A DNA stretch of 64,000 nucleotides from positions 1-64,000 of the forward strand of contig NIVC01001667.1 of assembly GCA_002269645.1 (NCBI GenBank), given 5' to 3'. Source of the stretch: Macrostomum lignano. Lineage: Eukaryota. Shown one piece after another: positions 46,801 through 59,394 of this stretch. The position numbers were made by a program, and so were the translations under genes. Position 1 is the first letter of the stretch. Each line of letters opens with the position of its first letter. The notes beneath the pieces were generated by a model. The model saw only the letters and a list, made by a program, of their open reading frames with translations, was not told where the DNA came from and did no database searches.

Positions 46801-49800
46801 TGACTAATGAGTCTTCAGGTTATATGGACCTGTGGGACACATTCCACATGATGGGCAAGACACATTCCACATGATGGGCAAGACACATTCCACATGATGG
46901 GCAAGACACATTCGACATGATGGGCAAGACACATTCCACATGATGGGCAAGACACATTCCACGTGATGGACAAGACACATTCCACGTAATGGACGAGACA
47001 CACTCCACATGATGGACAGGACGCACTCCACATGATGGACAGGACACACTCCACATGATGGACAGGACACATTCCACGTAATGGACGAGACACACTCCAC
47101 ATGATGGACAGGACACACTACACATGATGGACAGGACACATTCCACATGATGGACAGGACACATTCCACGTAATGGACGAGACACACTCCACATGATGGA
47201 CAGGACACATTCCACGTAATGGACGAGACACACTCCACATGATGGACAGGACACATTCCACGTAATGGACGAGACACACTCCACATGATGGACAGGACAC
47301 ACTCCACATGATGGACAGGACGCACTCCACATGATGGACAGGACACATTCCACGTAATGGACGAGACACTCCACATGATGGACAGGACACACTCCACATG
47401 ATGGGCAAGACACATTCCACATGATGGGCAAGACACATTCCACGTGATGGACAAGACACATTCCACGTAATGGACGAGACACACTCCACATGATGGACAG
47501 GACACACTCCACATGATGGACAGGACACATTCCACGTAATGGACGAGACACACTCCACATGATGGACAGGACACACTCCACATGATGGACAGGACACACT
47601 CCACATGATGGACAGGACACATTCACGTAATGGACGAGACACACTCCACATGATGGACAGGACACATTCCACGTAATGGACGAGACACACTCCACATGAT
47701 GGACAGGACACATTCCACGTAATGGACGAGACACACTCCACATGATGGACAGGACACATTCCACGTAATGGACGAGACACACTCAACATGATGGACAGCA
47801 TACATGCGCAACTTCTGAAATTACGCTGGCCGTGCGACTTAGTTTTCGATAAAAAATGCGACTTACCTATGAAAGAGCCAAGCAAAAACTTTAGGTAAAC
47901 GGCAGGAGTAACTATGACCATATTTTTAAAGCTAAATGCCTCGCCAGCTAATTAGTGCTGCGTGCAGATTCCGCGTTTTTATAACAGCTAATCAGTGTCA
48001 TCTAGTGGCGGCATGAAGCAATTAGTAAATTGTCAGTACAGTGTAGTGAGCATACTACAAAAGTCATGATTCATGAATGTCCAGAAGTAAGTGAAGTGAA
48101 TACAGTGTGACCTATAGCTCAAGAACGATTTGCTAGACGATTTGGCATGGAAGATGAGAGCCCTGATTCAGATGGCTCATCAGATGCAGAATACGAATCC
48201 AGTAGAGATACAAGCTGTGAAAACCCATAGATTTTTAAACCACTGAATTCTAATTCCCGGAACTATTTTTGCATAGATTCTAAATTTGAAGTCATGCTCA
48301 AACAAAAACTTGTTAACAGTTAGGAAAAAGGCAAAGATGGGAGTAATGCATGTTAAACTAAGATTTGAGGCCTTTGCAAATTCTCTCCATTCCTCAATCT
48401 TCTCATCCTCTTTTTCTTTTCTCTCTCATCCCTTATCCCTTCTCTCTTTCCTCTCCTCTCTCCTCTCTTTCCTCTCCTCTCCTATCTCTTCTGTCTCCTC
48501 TCTACATTCTTATCTCTTCTCTCGTCTCTCTCCATTCCACTCTACTCTCTCATCTTATCTTCCCTCTCGTCTCTCTCCACTCTACTCTCTTATCTTATCT
48601 CTCCTCTCTTTTCTACTCTCTCATCTCTCCTCTCTTCACTCTCCTCTCATCTCCTCTTTATCCTCTCATCTCCTCTTTATCCTCTCTTCTCTCATCTACT
48701 CTCTCCTCTTTCCTCTTTCCTCTCTTCTGATCTCATCCATCATCTTTTCTTTCCTCTTTCCTCTAATCTCCTCTTCTCTCTCATCTCTTTTTCCTCCCTC
48801 AGCTTTTCTCTCCTCTTCTATCTTTTCTCCCATTGCATCGCTCGCCTCCCCTTTGTTTGCTTATCTCTAATCTTCTATTCCCTCTACTTTGAAGTAAGAA
48901 AATATGCACATATTTTTGCTGAAGATAAGAGGAGAGAAGAGGGCATTGAGGAGAAAGGGTAGAGAGAAAGGGGGAGAAGAGAGGAGAGAGAAGAGGGAAA
49001 AGGGGGAGAGAGAGAAGAGGGGAGGCAAGGTAGAGAAGAAGAGAGAGATGAGAGTTGAAGAGACACCAACCTTGCTGGTTAGGAAGTTTCAAAGAACCCG
49101 AGGGGCGAGGGCCAGATAGAGGGGCTTCGCGAGCCGGAGTTTGCCAACCCCTGCTCCAGAGTTTAAGAAATGACGCGGGCTTCTGATTTCAAAGATCTTG
49201 TCTGTTGTTGAAGGCTTCTATTCTGTTTTTGCTCTCCTGCCACACTTGCACCTACTACCCCCTGATTGCCTCTGATTGTGACTTACTTCCCTCTTATTGC
49301 GACTTAGCTGCTTCTTTTTGCGACTTACCTAATCCTTTTTGCGACTTACTTAATCCTTTTTGCAACTTACCTAATCCTTTTTGCGACTTACCTAACCCTT
49401 TTGCAACTTACCTGATCCTTTTTGCGACTTAGTTTGCTTCTTTTGCGAATTGTTTTTCTTTTGCTTCACCATTTTCCCTGAACTACACTTTCTTTCGCAT
49501 TCCTCTTGCCTTTCTTGGTTCTTGTGTTTTTCTGTTTTTGGTTGACTCAATTTTGCGACTTACCCCTGGTCAGCCACGATTTACAGTGGCCGGATCGGCC
49601 AGGTCGGCCAGCAGTTGCGCATGTATGATGGACAGGACACATTCCACGTAATGGACGAGACACACTCCACATGATGGACAGGACACACTCCACATGATGG
49701 ACAGGACACATTCCACGTAATGGACGAGACACACTCCACATGATGGACAGGACACACTCCACATGATGGACAGGACGCACTCCACATGATGGACAGGACG

Positions 49801-51376
49801 CACTCCACATGATGGACAGGACACACTCCACATGATGGACAGGACGCACTCCACATGATGGACAGGACACATTCCACATGATGGACAGGACACATTCCAC
49901 ATGATGGACAGGACACATTCCACATGATGGACAGGACGCACTCCACATGATGGACAGGACGCACTCCACATGATGGACAGGACGCACTCCACATGATGGA
50001 CAGGACACACTCCACATGATGGACAGGACGCACTCCACATGATGGACGAGACACACTCCACATGATGGACAGGACACATTCCACATGATGGACAGGACAC
50101 ATTCCACATGATGGACAGGACACACTCCACATGATGGACAGGACGCACTCCACATGATGGACGAGACACACTCCACCTGATGGACAGGACACATTCCACA
50201 TGATGGACAGGACACACTCCACATGATGGACAAGACACATTCCACATGATTGACAAGACACATTCCATGTGATAGGCAAGACACATTCCACGTGATGTAA
50301 AAGACACATTCCACATGATTAATGAAAGACAAAACACATTAGACATGGTGGACAAGAAATTTTACATGATGGACAAGAAATTTTACATGATGGACAAGAA
50401 ATTTTACATGATGGACAAGAAATTTTACATGATGGACAAGACACATTCCACATGATTGACAAGACACATTCCATGTGATGGACAAGAAACATTCCACGTA
50501 ATGGACGAGACACACTCCACATGATGGACAGGACACATTCCACGTAATGGACGAGACACACTCCACATGATGGACAGGACACACTCCACATGATGGACAG
50601 GACACATTCCACATGATGGACAGGACACATTCCACATGATGGACAGGACACACTCCACATGATGGACAGGACACATTCCACGTAATAAACGAGACATACT
50701 CCACATGATGGACAGGACACACTCAACATGATGGACAGGACACATTCCACATGATGGACAGGACACATTCCACATGATGGACAGGACACACTCCACATGA
50801 TGGACAGGACACATTCCACGTAATAAACGAGACATACTCCACATGATGGACAGGACACACTCCACATGATGGACAGGACACACTCCACATGATGGACAGG
50901 ACACACTCCACATGATGGACAGGACACATTCCACGTAATAAACGAGACATACTCCACATGATGGACAGGACACACTCCACATGATGGACAGGACACACTC
51001 CACATGATGGACAGGACACACTCCACATGATGGACAGGACACATTCCACATGATGGACAGGACACATTCCACATGATGGACAGGACACACTCCACATGAT
51101 GGACAGGACACATTCCACATGATGGACAGGACACATTCCACATGATGGACAGGACACATTCCACATGATGGACAGGAAACATTCCACATGATGGACAGGA
51201 AACATTCTAGATAATACATAGCAATGATTTACCTGGCATTCCACGTGACCGCAATGCTTGCCACCTTGGCGGCGGCACTCAGACCTCAGCAGACGATCCG
51301 ACGGCTCGGTGACCGAGGCTGCAGACGAGCGAACCGACAAAGGCGACGAGTGACGCGAATCGCTACGCCGAGACAT
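43884..51376 (-). CDS. SUN-domain (Sad1/UNC-84) inner nuclear membrane protein, SUN1/2-like
   Basis: Large exon 43884-46751 (acceptor CCGCAG at 46752-46753): Ser/Thr-rich nucleoplasmic region, TM CLCFLVLLLLLLLIVIGILLWLV, coiled coils, C-terminal SUN domain (DFALHTAGG..GECWPF..IDHV..SAPKNF..SNHG..TCLYRFRVHG). Probable first exon 51233-51376 (MSRRSDSR.., donor CAG|GTAAAT, phase 0) is less certain. Confidence 0.9.
46832..51200. repeat. 23-bp minisatellite (GGACAGGACACATTCCACATGAT), split by a transposon
   Basis: Arrays 46832-47798 and 49628-51200 in the SUN intron; source of the many Cys/His-rich ORFs. Confidence 0.95.
47799..49627. mobile_element. Non-autonomous hAT element (1829 bp)
   Basis: Perfect 15-bp TIR CATACATGCGCAACT / AGTTGCGCATGTATG; 8-bp TSD ATGGACAG (47791-47798, 49628-49635). 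Contains CT/GA low-complexity blocks and a Charlie-like end GGAGTTTGCCAACCCCTG near 49137-49153. Confidence 0.9.
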
Positions 51377-52084
51377 TTTAGTCTTCAATTTTCTCCTACA
51401 GCCTTAGCTTCGCTAAATAACTTGCTGCTCTTTTCAGGCAACAGAATCTGCAATATTACAGTTGAAAGTGATGAACTTGGGTTTACTAGAATGCAAATTT
51501 GTCCCATAGACAAAGTGGCACAAGCCAGCAGAGTTTATTGCCGCTCAGAGCTCAATTGAAAGAAAATGAGAATGCATCAGAGAGCACAAAACCTTATTTA
51601 TATACATAGTGCCTCCCAGCTACATTTATGCCTACCCTGAGGCGCATTTCTATCTTCCATTCAAAAAATGACTAACATTTAAAGGTAACCCGCCCTGACC
51701 CCAACCCATCTCCTGCTTAGAGGCAGTTTTCGGCAGTAAAAAGGAGAAATGCATTCATATTCTTCTGTACCTGGCTATTTAGCCATAGTCACTCTGTTCG
51801 CAAAACATTGCCGAAGAAACTCAGTTTGAGAAACTAAACTTTTTCTTGCCCCTGTCTCTTGGCCTCTTGAATTCCTTACCGTCTTTTCTCTTCTCGGTTT
51901 TTTTTCAAGCTTGAGCTGTTCTGTTTACAAGTGGAAAGCCAACAGCTTCAGCATGATAAATGCACTTTCAAATCTCAAGACCTAATTTTTTATGATTTTC
52001 TCTGTAAAAAATGTTTCGAATCGGAGGCTCGTGAGTACAATAGTACATTTACACTCCAGAAGTTTGGGTAATAGAAATTTTTGA

Positions 52085-53740
52085 CGGCGTAATGGGCGGT
52101 TCTCGGCTGTAATTTATGGGGGATTCCAGACGATGTAATGGGGCGATTCTGAGTGTAACAGGGGAGGTGTATCTTGACGATGTAATGAGGCGATTATTGA
52201 GTGTAACAGGGAGGGGGGGTATCTTCACGATGTAATGGGATGATTCTTGATGGTGTAATGGGGGCGATTCTTGGCTGTGTAATGGGGGCGATTCTTGGCT
52301 GTGTAATGGGGGCGATTGTTGGTGGTGTAATGGGGGCGATTCTTGGCTGTGTAATGGAGAAATTCTTGGCTGTGTAATGGGGGCGATTCTTGGCTGTGTA
52401 ATGGGGCGATTCTTGACTGTGTAATGGGGGCGATTCTTGGCTGTGTAATGGGGGCGATTCTTGGCTGTGTAATGGGGGCGATTCTTGGCTGTGTAATGGG
52501 GGCGATTCTTGGCTGTGTAATGGGGGCGATTCTTGGCTGTGTAATGGGGGCGATTCTTGACTGTGTAATGGGGCGATTCTTGACTGTGTAATGGGGCGAT
52601 TCTTGACTGTGTAATGGGGCGATTCTTGACTGTGTAATGGGGGCGATTCTTGACTGTGTAAGGGGGCGATTCTTGGCTGTGTAATGGGGCGATTCTTGAC
52701 TGTGTAATGGGGCGATTCTTGACTGTGTAATGGGGCGATTCTTGACTGTGTAATGGGGCGATTCTTGACTGTGTAATGGGGCGATTCTTGACTGTGTAAT
52801 GGGGGCGATTCTTGACTGTGTAAGGGGGCGATTCTTGGCTGTGTAATGGGGCGATTCTTGACTGTGTAATAGGGCGATTCTTGACTGTGTAATGGGGCGA
52901 TTCTTGACTGTGTAATGGGGGCGATTCTTGGCTGTGTAATGGGGGCGATTCTTGGCTGTGTAATGGGGGCGATTCTTGGCGGTGTAATGGGGGCGATTCT
53001 TGGCTGTGTAATGGGGGCAATTCTTGGCTGTGTAATGGGGGCGATTCTTGGCGGTGTAATGGGGCGATTCTTGGCTTTGTAATGGAGAAATTCTTGGCTG
53101 TGTAATGGGGGCGATTCTTGGCTGTGTAATGGGGGCGATTCTTGGCTGTGTAATGGGAGCGATTCTTGACTGTGTAATGGGGCGATTCTTGACTGTGTAA
53201 TGGGGCGATTCTTGACTGTGTAATGAGGCGATTCTTGACTGTGTAATGGGGCGATTCTTGACTGTGTAATGGGGGCGATTCTTGACTGTGTAATGGGGCG
53301 ATTCTTGACTGTGTAATGGGGCGATTCTTGACTGTGTAATGGGGGCGATTCTTGGCTGTGTAATGGGGCGATTCTTGACTGTGTAAGGGGGCGATTCTTG
53401 GCTGTGTAATGGGGCGATTCTTGACTGTGTAATGGGGCGATTCTTGACTGTGTAATGGGGCGATTCTTGACTGTGTAATGGGGGCGATTCTTGGCTGTGT
53501 AATGGGGCGATTCTTGGCTGTGTAATGGGGGCGATTCTTGGCTGTGTAATGGGGGCGATTCTTGGCTGTGTAATGGGGGCGATTCTTGGCTGTGTAATGG
53601 GGGCGATTCTTGGCTGTGTAACGGGGGCGATTCTTGGCTGTGTAATGGGGCGATTCATGGCGGTGTAAGGAGGGCGATTCTTGGCTGTGTAATGGGGCGA
53701 TTCTGAGCAGTGTATTGGGGCGATTCTTGGTGGTGTAATG
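52085..53740. repeat. 23/24-bp minisatellite (GGGGGCGATTCTTGGCTGTGTAAT)
   Basis: Intergenic; about 70 units. Confidence 0.95.
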
Positions 53741-56325
53741 GGGAAATACAAATAAGAATTTACAAAACAAAAAAATTGAAATATTGTTATAAATGACTAT
53801 ATATAAGAGCAAGTTTTATTGCAAATCAAACAACCCTTTTATAAGCTAATTCTTGAGTGGTTTAATTTAGAAATACCCTGAGCTTGAAGCAAATGTTACT
53901 TATTTCAAAGCCAGGAGATCCTAAGAATGCTTCAAAGAGATTTATTAGAGTTGGTAGCCTATGCAAATATACAAAGAGTAGTGACATGACCCTCTAATCT
54001 CAATATTGACTAGATTAGAAATAATTTATATATCAAAAGGACTACTTAGACTATAATACATTAATGCTACTAGAATATATTAGAACTGCTACCAAAGTAC
54101 ATTAGAATGATACTAGAGCTGCTAACAGAAATGTATATTAAGCTGTGCTTTACAATCAATTCCTTGGAGGTAAATTTATATTTTGAAAACCCAGTACAAC
54201 AGGGCATTTGTAGGATTTTTTAGAATAGGACAAATAGCACTAATGCAATTTGAAGTTAAACTATAGCACAACATTGGTAGCTTAACATTGTAACATTTGA
54301 AAGCTTGTAGTTCCTATGTATCTTAGATTTTTGAAAAGTATTCTAATAGGGATATTAGTATCAATAATATGCCTATAAGCATAAGAAATAATAAACTGGT
54401 ATAATTTCTAGCATGGCATATATTTTTCAGTATCTCTATACCATGGTACTATAAAATCATAAGGCCTTAATATAGTTAGGCTTAGTGTTCCACTGTAGCT
54501 ATGGCTATAAGATCTCATGGCAAATATGGTAAAATAGGTGCCTATGGCAAATATGAATATGCCTATAGTAGATAGCTGCTCTTATGGCTACAACTATAAA
54601 AATATAATAGTTGTTGTCACATTCCATAGATTCCTGTAACCATAGTTAGTAATTAAAAAAATTAAAAAATATTAGAAACAGGTAGAATAAAATAAGGGAC
54701 TTTAGTAAAATGTATTATTGACTTAGAAACTTATAGATTATACCTAATAAAGTACAATAAAACACTAGCAAATTCTAACTTTTATTAATATGAAAAAGTT
54801 TAGCATTAGTTATTTTCATAATGATTAAGTATTATTACTCTTTGTAAAAAGGATGAAATATAACCTTACAAAGGCAATCTAGTGTTTATGTTATTTTCTA
54901 CTTTAATTTGAAATTGTTTAAGCACTAAGTTATCTTGATTCAAAATATTTTGTTTCCTAGAATTTTTGTTAAAACTATGGCTATAGCTATGGGAAATATG
55001 GGAATATAGTAATATTAGGGTCCCTATGGCTATGGAATATGGAGAATTGGAATAAGTTGTAGTTTTGCTTATGGCTACAGCAATGGCACATGGACCCCCT
55101 TACAGCAAAACATTGGTTAGGCTAAATAAAATTAATAACTAGACCTACCTTAGTAGTTATACATGTGTAAAACCCATTCAACCTAGCTAGTATAGCTGGC
55201 TGGTAAGGGGCCCAACCAAGGTAAATTGCAAAAATGCCTATTAAAACAATATAGACATAGTACTTTCTAAGATGCTTTTTTTAAAGAAATGTTTATTTCT
55301 CAAAGATATACAATGCCTAATTTATTTCAATCAAACCCTAATATAGCCAAGGTATGAACTGTGCCAGTATCCCCTTTTCCTACATTAGATTACACTAGCA
55401 TGCCAGATTATACCTACATTGTCAAGGCCAATCTATACCAGACACTGTTTGCAACAATAGCCATTAGTTACAATTACAATTGGACAATCAAACACATTTT
55501 TGCTAAGTCATAATAAGCCTTAGTATAAAATAATTGCACTTCTTTTATACTTCTTTCACTTTAGGAAATTAGATAAAAAACTTGAACAAAGCAAATGTTA
55601 GGTTAGAGAGAATAGAATATACATATGCAACAGTTGGCCAATCTGGCCAACTGATTTGGCGGCCAACCAAGGTAAGTTGCAAAAATGCCCATCCAAATAA
55701 ATACTGAAGTAGTACTAAATAGATAATGAGGCATTTTGCCTAAATAAGACAATCATAGTTACTGCTGCCATTTATCCAAAGTTGCATTTTTTAGGGTTTC
55801 TTTTATATGTAAGTTGCATTTTTGGCCAAAAACTATGTCACATTTTTTGTTAAAACTAAGTTGCATGGCTGACCAAATTTTGGATGTTGCACATGTATGG
55901 AATAGAACTTTACGAGCATTTTAAGAAGAATTAATATTAGGTATAGTACTTTTTGGTATAGCTTGCCTTTCTCAAAAATTTTATAGATCTGCACCTAGTA
56001 TAAAAGTAAAAAAATGCAGACTACTTTAAATAAATGTTGGTCAACTAATATTTTATCAAATAGTTGATAAAGTGATCATTTAGAGGGGTAACGGTATTTA
56101 AAGTTGACAAAATGAGTTTTTTTGGCAAGAGTAGCAACATTTGCAATTGATGAAGTAACCTTGTTTTTAATTATAGTTACTTTGGTCTTAGCGCAAAATG
56201 TATATAGAGAATTGAGCTTATCATTTTAAATTAATGTGTTGCAATTGGCAATTGACAAAGCGACCATATTTAGAGGTCTACTGATTGGCCAAATGATGAA
56301 GTGACTTAAAGGCAATGGCTCCTTA

Positions 56326-57339
56326 TAGTGGCGCAACTAGGGGGGATGGCATATATAGGTGCAGCCCATTTCAGCAAAGGAATTTTTGGCAAAAGATGCT
56401 TCAGCTATTTAAAAGAGAATTTTTAGTTTAAATAGATGTACATTTTGGCAAAAAAAGTGATCAGTTTGGCAAAAAGATTGGCTACGTAATACATATATAA
56501 TTGCAAATATATATTTTTGGTGATTGAAGCTTTTAATAAATTATTCATTGCTGCAAATTATTTGCAGTTAGAAAATTTGAAAACTCATGAATTAGCTAAT
56601 AACTATGTTATGTATATGTGATCTATCAATATGCAATTGATAGATTAAGAATGATGATAGTGTGTAGGCCTAACTTGTAGTTTTTCAGTTCCAGTTCCTA
56701 AAATTATACTTTGAAATCCTGCCATAATAGAATGGCATCTAATAAAACAACTGAATTAAACTGCAACAGAATAAAAAACATGTTATATAAAATTAGTCTT
56801 TATACAGTTTGTTGTTTTTCTTTTTAACTTTCTTCTTAAACAACAAAAACTCTTTACCAAACCTTGGAACAAATCTTTTGTTGGAATGGTCAGCTTTAGA
56901 TGAAATAGTCATTGCAAAAGTCATTTTTGCCATTATTGACTTTTGCCAAAGTGGGTTAAAACTGCATAGGCCTAGGCCTATATGCGCAACCTTAGGAATC
57001 ACTTGGCCATTTCTATTAGCAACACACACATGTAAGTTGCTATTGGCTAAGAGCAATCACATGACTACTATTCTATCTAATAACAACTAAAATGTGTGTA
57101 TTACCAATAGAAATGGTCAAGTGAATCCCTAGGTTGCACCTAAGCATGGGGAGTGGGGGGGAAGCAGTTGCACCCCTTTAGACAGAGACCAGAAAAATAA
57201 TCAAAGGCCCAAAGGCTGGGGACCAAGCGAATTTTTGCAAAAAATAGAGCCACCTCTACCTCCTCCCGAGTCTTGACTTTACCCTACGGCCTAGGCTATA
57301 GAATCCGTACCCCTCAAAAAATTTCTAATTGCGCTACTG
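56326..57339. mobile_element. Non-autonomous hAT-like element (about 1.0 kb)
   Basis: TIR TAGTGGCGCAACTAG / CTAATTGCGCTACTG; perfect 8-bp TSD GCTCCTTA (56318-56325, 57340-57347). Confidence 0.85.
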
Positions 57340-57786
57340 GCTCCTTAGTTGATAAAATGCCAATTCAATCCCAATTGACTAAGCCTATTGCTGCCTATTT
57401 GACTAGGCCTAGGATCTTTTTAGGCCTAGGGTCTAGGGCCTCAGCCTAATTAATTGCTTTACCTTTAAGACTAGGGCCTAGGCCTAGCTAGGAGGCTAAT
57501 TCATAATTTCATAGAAAAGTCATGCAAAATTGTCATAGGTCAAGGCCCTTATAATGGGGGAATAATGCCAATGGCTAGGTTTATATTAAATAATAATTTA
57601 AAATAAATAGGTAAGCCTTCAAATTAGCATAAAACTCTAAGCTTTCTAGACTGATAGGCTTTGGTGTTTGTAAACTAACTGTATCTGTAATCTGTATGTG
57701 TATCACTGAAACCCATTAGCTATTCTTTTAATTATATTTATCTAGACAGACTATAGGCCTACTACTAGCCTAGTAATGATTCAGAA

Positions 57787-58383
57787 TAGAGCTCGAACGG
57801 GAGCAGAATTTTCGGGATCAGGATTGAAAATAATTTTGGGATCGGGATTCGGGATTAGTATTCGGGAATCCGGGATCTGGGAATATATTACTTACTAATG
57901 AATCAAATCAAGGATTCAAGGATAGTTTTATATTATTATATATATTTTATATTTCAAGGACTGTTCTGCGTTAATGTAATATTAAATTGCATTAGTTATA
58001 CTGCAATTTTTTCTTGTAAAATTCTGGTTCTGGAATCGCTTCGTGAAAAGCCTCAAACTCGAATCGCTTCGTGAAAAGCCTCATACTTGTTAGTTCGTTA
58101 TTTACGAGTACAACTCTTTACAAATCTGTTACTAAGTAAAAATCTGCTGCTTTATTTGGTGAATTCAAGATCAGACTTTCAACATATTTATAGTTGCTGT
58201 TACAAAAATTAGCTTAGTATTGATTACTGCTCTTGATTGTTGAAAGCATCATCTTCATTATCAATCTATTGTGCTCCCGAATCCCGAGTTCTCTAAGCCT
58301 TCGGGATCCCGATCCCGAATTCCCGAAAAATCTTCGGGATCCCGAGAATTCGAGATCGGGATCGGGATCCCGTTTGAGCTCTA
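57787..58383. mobile_element. hAT-like MITE (597 bp)
   Basis: TIR TAGAGCTCGAACGGGA / TCCCGTTTGAGCTCTA; perfect 8-bp TSD ATTCAGAA (57779-57786, 58384-58391); subterminal CGGGAT/ATCCCG repeats. Confidence 0.9.
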
Positions 58384-59394
58384 ATTCAGAATTCTTATGA
58401 CTAACAATACGACTAGGCCTGCACTAACTAGGCCTAGGACTACCTACACTACGTCTATGTCTACACTACAGCTACAGACACAGTACAACCAGAACCTCAT
58501 AAGCTTAAGGCCTATTATGCACTAGACAGTAGGCCTACTAGGCTATTAGTACTGGAGTCCTAGACTTAAGAGTAGGCCCTAAAGATTGACGACACGAACT
58601 AATGTGTTGTGTACATTGTACAGTCAAACTTAAATAGGTTCGCATGGTTAACAAGTGCAACGGATTCTTTTTTAGTCTGTCGTCTTAACGTCTTATCACT
58701 GCCAGTGCCATGACATGTGCGTAATGCTGTTAATGCATTGGCAACGTCAATGTTCCATGTACAATGATTCGATCAGATTACAGCGATCGTGATAAAAACT
58801 GAGTTCGCGTAAAATTGAAGATTCGGTGAGTTTTAACAAAAGAACAAAAGAATTAACCGTTAATTTATTAGATGAGAAGTTTGTATTTATATTGAACGAA
58901 CTTTATTGAGTTGAAGCAATTAAGGAATTTAACACAACAAAAAGTGTGAGAGTTTAGCGGAAAACCAATTGTAGCTCTTATAAACTGGTGTACATGTATC
59001 ATGTCCGTGGTGTACATGTATAAATAGTTGAAAACGAAGCATTTCCGAATACAAATCTTTATATAGAGCGTTGTGGCGGCTAGCCTAATGACTTTCACTC
59101 GTAGTCTATGACACCACTTTTGCTTTTACGCACCGCGCTACTCTATTTAGCCCACGGGCATAATCAAATATGAAACCATATCCGTGTTCCTTTAAGATTC
59201 GCCTTGCTCAGCAGGCCGCCAAAGCGTACATACTGTACAATACTCCTTAAATTACACCTGCATTGTTTCCAAGCTCTGCTACGCAATGCACGCACCCTCA
59301 TTTCAGTAGTAGCCACCTCTGATCATTCAGCGCCCATTTCAATCTTACAGCGCCCACTTCACTACTTCAGCACACAATCACCTCACTCAAACTG

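Noticed and set aside
46804-51219. Many Cys/His-rich ORFs resembling zinc fingers or metallothionein
   Set aside because: All derive from the 23-bp intronic array, open in all three frames.
52049-53812. 587-aa and 508-aa ORFs (HYTAKNRP/PITQPRIA repeats)
   Set aside because: Translations of a 23/24-bp minisatellite open in several frames; no unique domain or splice context.
53800-56300. AT-rich stretch with short recurring motifs (CTATGGC, CCAACCAAGGTAA)
   Set aside because: Probably old transposon debris, but I could not define ends or TSDs.
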